Made by a program: the position numbers and the translations under genes. Below the pieces are notes generated by a model. That model was given only the letters and a program-made list of their open reading frames with translations, did no database searches and was not told the DNA's origin. Below are positions 59,213 to 64,000 of a stretch of 64,000 bases of DNA, in pieces. Origin of the DNA: an archaeon (GTDB lineage: Archaea > Iainarchaeota > Iainarchaeia > Iainarchaeales > CSSED10-239). Location: contig DAOOUC010000003.1 of NCBI GenBank assembly GCA_035390665.1, positions 10,742 to 74,741 of the forward strand, read 5' to 3'. Numbering within the stretch: position 1 is the stretch's first letter; each line of letters opens with the position of its first letter.

Positions 59213-60862
59213 TCATTCAGGCAAAGGATCTTGAGTATTATTTCTTAGATAAGGATATGTTATTCCTTCTTCTATTCCCCAGATATCTGTAAAATTCCAA
59301 TCAGTAAACGTATCTTGTGTTTTCATTTCTGTGGTTGTTTTTGGAACTCCTCTCCCATCATTATCTGATTGCCCAGAAGTATTTGTATCATATATAATAT
59401 AATATATTCGAGAAATATCTCCGCCGCCCAATAAGCCCCCATAATTTTCATTACCGATAACTGATCCTGCAGAATAAGAACTAAAAATAATTCCTTCAGG
59501 TAATCGTATAGGAGGAGGTGTTAACTCCCCATTATACCCCACAAGTCCACCTACATAATTATTACCACTAACATTACAAAAGGAATAAGAATCAGTTATT
59601 CCCCCCCTATTATATCCAACTAACCCACCAATATCATTTCCTTCAGAACTAACAATTTCACCAATAGAATAACTATTGATAATATCCCCCCTCTTATATC
59701 CAACTATCCCACCAACATCGCTCTCTGAACTAATTATTTTAATATTAGAATAACTATTTTCTATATTTCCATAACCTAATCCAACTAATCCACCACAATC
59801 ACTTCCACAATAAATATTCCCATTAAAACTACTGGAATTTATATCTCCACCATCTGAATTAAATCCCGCTCTATTATTTATTCCTATTAATCCTCCAATA
59901 GCAGAATTACCTGATATAGTTCCAGAAGAATGTACATTAGAAAGTATTGAAAACCACATAAAGTTTCCAACAATACTACCTACATTATTTGACCCTATAA
60001 TATTTACATCAGTCAAAATTAAATTTTTTATTTCAATCATTTTACTTTCTGTATATTTAATATATCCAAATAAACCAATATTATCGTTCTCTGGTAAATT
60101 AATATATAAATTACTTATTGTGTAATTATTTCCATTAAAACTTCCTTCAAAACCACTATCATCAGAACCTATTGGTTCAAAGCCCTCTCCTTCATTGTAT
60201 GGACTAACACCAAGATCTAGGTTTTTTCCAAGTTTATAGTGCTTGCCAAGCCCATTTCTAACATTATTAAGATCATCAACACTACAGATTACAAATGGAT
60301 CTTCTTCAATTTTTCCACTTCCATTATCTGTTATTCCTAAACAAACAGGATCTGGTATTTCTGTATTATTAAAACAAGAATTGGATTGATAATTACTATT
60401 GTTAATTGGAACAGTAATATATTTCCCATCACTAGTTATTAAATTTACTTTAAAAGATTCATCTGGATTACAAATAATTGGAACAGAAACCATTGATCCA
60501 GAATTTAAATTGACGGGGTCATCTAAAGTTATTGGCTTATTTAATATTTCGCTATCTTGTGGTGCAACAATTTCATATTTTGTAATTATTACATCTTTAT
60601 CGGATAGATTTTTTACAATATAGCTTTCTGGTTGAGGATTACTAGTATATATATACCCTGTTAATGTTGGATCTTCTTTATAAATTTCTTGAGATTTATC
60701 TAATGAATTACTAGTGGTTATTAATCCCCAAGAAAGAATAGAACCTACAATTATAACTGCAATTACAAGTAAAAGAATTACAGAAATGATTGGAGAAAAC
60801 GATTTCTTATTTAAATCTCTCAAATCTTTTATTCGTTTAGATTTAAATTTATGTTTTCTCAA
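59213..60862 (-). CDS. Pilin-like (class III signal peptide) surface protein with GLUG-motif beta-helix repeats
   Basis: N-term KKSFSPIISVILLLVIAVIIV. Repeats AIGGLIGINNR, CGGLVGLGYGNI, DVGGIVGYKRGDI, DIGGLVGYNRGGI, NYVGGLVGYNGEL, ENYGGLLGGGD. Confidence 0.6.
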   Translation of the reverse strand: MRKHKFKSKRIKDLRDLNKKSFSPIISVILLLVIAVIIVGSILSWGLITTSNSLDKSQEIYKEDPTLTGYIYTSNPQPESYIVKNLSDKDVIITKYEIVAPQDSEILNKPITLDDPVNLNSGSMVSVPIICNPDESFKVNLITSDGKYITVPINNSNYQSNSCFNNTEIPDPVCLGITDNGSGKIEEDPFVICSVDDLNNVRNGLGKHYKLGKNLDLGVSPYNEGEGFEPIGSDDSGFEGSFNGNNYTISNLYINLPENDNIGLFGYIKYTESKMIEIKNLILTDVNIIGSNNVGSIVGNFMWFSILSNVHSSGTISGNSAIGGLIGINNRAGFNSDGGDINSSSFNGNIYCGSDCGGLVGLGYGNIENSYSNIKIISSESDVGGIVGYKRGDIINSYSIGEIVSSEGNDIGGLVGYNRGGITDSYSFCNVSGNNYVGGLVGYNGELTPPPIRLPEGIIFSSYSAGSVIGNENYGGLLGGGDISRIYYIIYDTNTSGQSDNDGRGVPKTTTEMKTQDTFTDWNFTDIWGIEEGITYPYLRNNTQDPLPE

Positions 60863-60868
60863 ATAATT

Positions 60869-63088
60869 TCACTTCCCTACTTTTTTTTTAAGATCTTTCT
60901 TTGGCTTTTCTATTTTTGGTTTTATTTCATTATTCTTTTTTTGTTCTGAAATTACGATGTTTTCTTTTGTGTGTCTTCTATACTCTTTTTCTTCTATTTC
61001 TCTTAATTCTTTTAAATAACTTTTTTTCATGTCTTCATATGTAAATTTACTAATTTGCCCGTTTGTTAATTTATGTTCTAGTTCTAATATATTTCTTTGT
61101 ATTTTAGATTTCTTGTTGTTGTGTTTTTCTAATTCTATAACAATTGAAATTATCATTAAGAATAATCCCCCAATAATTACATACATTATCGTATTGTTCT
61201 TAGAAGAATCTTCCTTTTTATAAACAATTACATTTTGTTTATCTTCTACTTTTGAGATAATTTCATCAGAATCATTTATATCTATGATTATTTGATTATT
61301 GCCTTCTGGAACAACTACATCAATTATTCCTGCATCATTATAATACGAATGTACAATTGATTCAATAATATACAATTCTTTAGAAATATTAACAATAGAA
61401 TTTGCTGTTTTTATGTTTGTCTCTGCTTTTGTTGTATTTTTTGATTTATAGAATTGATATTGCTTATAGTGATACAAGGAATGATCAAAAAACATTTTTG
61501 ACCAAACGTTTGTATTTAATTTGATTTCTTGTGGTGATCTTAATTCAGATAATTTGTTGTATTTATCTAAGAATACATTCTCATCGAACGACTCTTTAGA
61601 ATTTTCTTTTCTAGAGATTAATACTGCTTTTGCAGATGCTGAATCATATAAAGAAGTAACATACCATCCCATTTCAAAATCTTTTTTTGCAGCAGTAATT
61701 CTTCTTTGAATATCTTCGTCTGATAATGCCTCTTCATCAGATAATACTAATTCATTTTCTACATCAACAATATACTTTTGGGCTAAATCCTTAAATTGTT
61801 CACTTTCTACAAAATTTGGACCATTATTTGTTATTCCAATATCTAAGAAATCATTAGCAATTTCAATCCATGCTAATGCATAACTATAATTCATTATCTT
61901 ATCTATTCCTGTACTGGAGGTATATTTATTTGATTTTATATCTGCAATTTTATTTTTTGCCCAAACAATTCTTTGTTTAGCTCCAATACACCATTCTAAT
62001 TTATCTAAAGAACAAAGCTTAGATCTATTCTCAGTTAATGCAATTTTTTTCTCTATTTCTTCTATTCTTAAATTATAAATTGTAGAATCTGTAGATATAA
62101 TGGATGGATTTTTTACAATTTCATCTATTGTTATTAAATAGATTTTTGCTAAAAATGCATCATTTGCAGAAGTGTATAGGTAATTATTTTTAGAATTTTC
62201 TTCTGCAGACACAATTGCTTCTTTAGAATAATCAACTAATGATAAAAGTCCTTGAACAATAGAACTATCTTTAATTGTACTTGAGTTAATATTATTTTCT
62301 GTTCTTAATAAAATACTTTTTGCATCTATTACATATTTATCAACTACTGCTCTCATAGGCACTAATGCCTCAGAATATTGTATTTTTTCTGGATAATATT
62401 CTGCTTCTTTTTTTTCTACTATGCTATTAATATCTATTTCATCTATATTCATTTTTGAATATTCTAAAATATCGTCAATTGTCTCAACTTCAACTACTTT
62501 AAGTCCCCAATTAGAATAAGCATAATCAACAATGTCAACGACTTGTGATTGTCCAGATTCAGTTGTAATTGCTTGTTTTCTTGTGCCTATTGGAATCATA
62601 AATAATTTAATTCCAACATCTGCTGCTTTTTTTGCTTTTGCTGAAATTCCCCCAACATCTCCAACATACCCGTCAGAAGTAATTGTTCCGGTAATACTAA
62701 CTTTGCCTGATAAATCAGTATCATTTAACATAGAAACAATAAGTAAAGCCATTGCAGCTCCTGCAGAAGGCCCATCAATACTACTTGCATTTGATTGAAT
62801 TTCAAAAAAATAATCATATTTACCTTTAGCTTGTGATGTTATTTTTTCTGCAGCATTAACTGCATTTCTTTCTGATTCTTGTGTTAAAGAACCAACTTGA
62901 GAATTAACATTAGAAAAAATCTTTCCTGTTCCTGGTTTTATTTCAATAATAAGATTAGCATCCATTCCAATATTAGAAGAAGTTACAGCAAAAATTTTCA
63001 TTTCTTCTTTAGGGATATATGCAAATATATTTGCAGATATAAGAAGTATAAACATTAATATTAATAATCTTTTATTCATTTTTTTCAC
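60869..63088 (-). CDS. Secreted, C-terminally membrane-anchored S16 (Lon-like) peptidase-domain protein without AAA+ module
   Basis: Signal peptide LLILMFILLISANIFA. DGPSAGAAMALLIVSMLND...ITGTITSDGYVGDVGGISAKAKKAADVGIKLFMIPIG (Lon catalytic Ser/Lys region). TM MYVIIGGLFLMIISIVI near the C-terminus. Confidence 0.55.
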   Translation of the reverse strand: MKKMNKRLLILMFILLISANIFAYIPKEEMKIFAVTSSNIGMDANLIIEIKPGTGKIFSNVNSQVGSLTQESERNAVNAAEKITSQAKGKYDYFFEIQSNASSIDGPSAGAAMALLIVSMLNDTDLSGKVSITGTITSDGYVGDVGGISAKAKKAADVGIKLFMIPIGTRKQAITTESGQSQVVDIVDYAYSNWGLKVVEVETIDDILEYSKMNIDEIDINSIVEKKEAEYYPEKIQYSEALVPMRAVVDKYVIDAKSILLRTENNINSSTIKDSSIVQGLLSLVDYSKEAIVSAEENSKNNYLYTSANDAFLAKIYLITIDEIVKNPSIISTDSTIYNLRIEEIEKKIALTENRSKLCSLDKLEWCIGAKQRIVWAKNKIADIKSNKYTSSTGIDKIMNYSYALAWIEIANDFLDIGITNNGPNFVESEQFKDLAQKYIVDVENELVLSDEEALSDEDIQRRITAAKKDFEMGWYVTSLYDSASAKAVLISRKENSKESFDENVFLDKYNKLSELRSPQEIKLNTNVWSKMFFDHSLYHYKQYQFYKSKNTTKAETNIKTANSIVNISKELYIIESIVHSYYNDAGIIDVVVPEGNNQIIIDINDSDEIISKVEDKQNVIVYKKEDSSKNNTIMYVIIGGLFLMIISIVIELEKHNNKKSKIQRNILELEHKLTNGQISKFTYEDMKKSYLKELREIEEKEYRRHTKENIVISEQKKNNEIKPKIEKPKKDLKKKVGK

Positions 63089-63581
63089 TCACTATTTTTT
63101 TTTGTTCAAAACTTGGTTTTGCTTTCTTATTATATAACACTTCAAATTTCTTTGTGGTTTCTAAAATATTTCTTCTTCCTTTTTTTGTAACCTGTATTAA
63201 ACCTAATTCTTTTAAAGTTGGAAGATGATCATTTGGTCTTCTTTTTGTAATCTTATATTGCTCAACAGGACTGTTTAGAGCAATTAATGCTAAAGTCTTT
63301 AGTTCTGATTTTGTCAATTGTTTACCAACAGCAAACAAACTATATTTTGCATATTCTGGTTTAAGTAACATCTCTACATTATCATTTTCTTGAACAATTC
63401 TTACTGCTGAGTTTCTATTTTCATATTCTATTATTAAATCTGAAAGAATAATCTTTATTACTTCCTTATCTGCTTCTGGAAAAGACTTTTCTATTTTTTT
63501 TATAGGAACTGATCTTGGGCTCATAAATAATATTGCTTCAATTGAATTTTTTATCTCTGACATGTCTTTTTGTTTTTCCAT
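63072..63581 (-). CDS. scpB: Segregation and condensation protein B
   Basis: IEAILFMSPRSVPIKKI and second wHTH ALIALNSPV. 169 aa. Follows the scpA-like gene with a 17-nt overlap. Confidence 0.55.
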   Translation of the reverse strand: MEKQKDMSEIKNSIEAILFMSPRSVPIKKIEKSFPEADKEVIKIILSDLIIEYENRNSAVRIVQENDNVEMLLKPEYAKYSLFAVGKQLTKSELKTLALIALNSPVEQYKITKRRPNDHLPTLKELGLIQVTKKGRRNILETTKKFEVLYNKKAKPSFEQKKIVSEKNE

Positions 63582-63592
63582 AATTGTTCACA

Positions 63593-64000
63593 TTATAAAA
63601 CTTTAATAAATATTTCTGAGAAGAATTCTTCTTGCCAAGCATCTACCTTCTTATCTTGAACAAGAAACAAAAGAGGGATAAAGTAATTTTCTACAATCAA
63701 ATAAGAATCTTTTTCTTTTTTTGTAAATTTAGAGAATAAAACCATATTATAATTGTCTGCGTTTTGTTTTATTTCTTCAAATAAACTTTCGCTTCTTTTT
63801 GAAAAATCAACTGTTTTTTTTGGAAGAATAAATTCTAGTTCTTTCTTTTCTTTAATTCTCTTTTCTAAACTTTTTTTATTAGTTGATGTGTTCATCATAA
63901 CATCAATAACATCAATTAGTTCATCAAGGCTTACTTGTCCTTCTTTTAATCTCATAGGTGTATTTAAATCTATAGAATTACTTAAAACATAATTATCGTC
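63593..64000 (-). CDS. scpA: ScpA-like kleisin, C-terminal portion (5' end beyond window)
   Basis: Frame open to the window edge. C-term ...FIPLLFLVQDKKVDAWQEEFFSEIFIKVL matches the ScpA C-terminal winged helix (..ALLEL.k.g.v...Q...FgeI.i). Confidence 0.5.
   Translation of the reverse strand, partial: DDNYVLSNSIDLNTPMRLKEGQVSLDELIDVIDVMMNTSTNKKSLEKRIKEKKELEFILPKKTVDFSKRSESLFEEIKQNADNYNMVLFSKFTKKEKDSYLIVENYFIPLLFLVQDKKVDAWQEEFFSEIFIKVL

Overview
This is a very AT-rich, gene-dense segment of an archaeal chromosome. By inference it looks like a reduced-genome DPANN-like lineage (Nanoarchaeota/Woesearchaeota-type): split rpoB, an rpoA'/A'' pair, aEF-2, ribosomal S7/S12/L30e and class III (archaeal pilin) signal peptides are all present. 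Described features, start to end: (1) A 5'-truncated CorA Mg2+ channel. (2) A two-domain PP-loop protein whose C-terminal half is diphthine-ammonia ligase (Dph6-like). (3) A contiguous minus-strand thymidylate/deoxypyrimidine cluster: P-loop kinase fused to dCMP deaminase, DHFR, ThyA, SHMT and a Tmk-like protein with a lysine-less P-loop. (4) DtdA. (5) The classical archaeal operon rpoH-rpoB''-rpoB'-rpoA'-rpoA''-L30e-S12-S7-EF2, without NusA and with low-complexity extensions on RpoH and L30e. (6) A stand-alone 23S rRNA gene bracketed by a 16-nt perfect inverted repeat (processing stem). (7) Five tRNAs, one of which, tRNA-Arg(CCG), appears interrupted by a ~155-nt insertion outside the anticodon loop. 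(8) A textbook C/D box sRNA. (9) LeuRS, MscS, PRPP synthetase, RpiA, Trm5, DedA, ScpA/ScpB and an Obg-like GTPase with a TGS domain. (10) A Tad/type-IV-pilus-like assembly module whose secretion ATPase carries an N-terminal di-cluster [4Fe-4S] ferredoxin domain, followed by two TadB/C-like membrane proteins. (11) Three large surface proteins whose N-termini look like archaeal pilin signal peptides, fused to FGE/SUMF1-like, RCC1 beta-propeller and GLUG-repeat domains. (12) A secreted Lon-protease-domain protein. Additional hunt observations: a family of GC-rich hairpins that begin exactly at the TAG stop codons of corA, rpoB' and rpoA'; other hairpins centred on stop codons; and a small paralogous family of basic proteins. 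No CRISPR array, transposase or integrase was seen.
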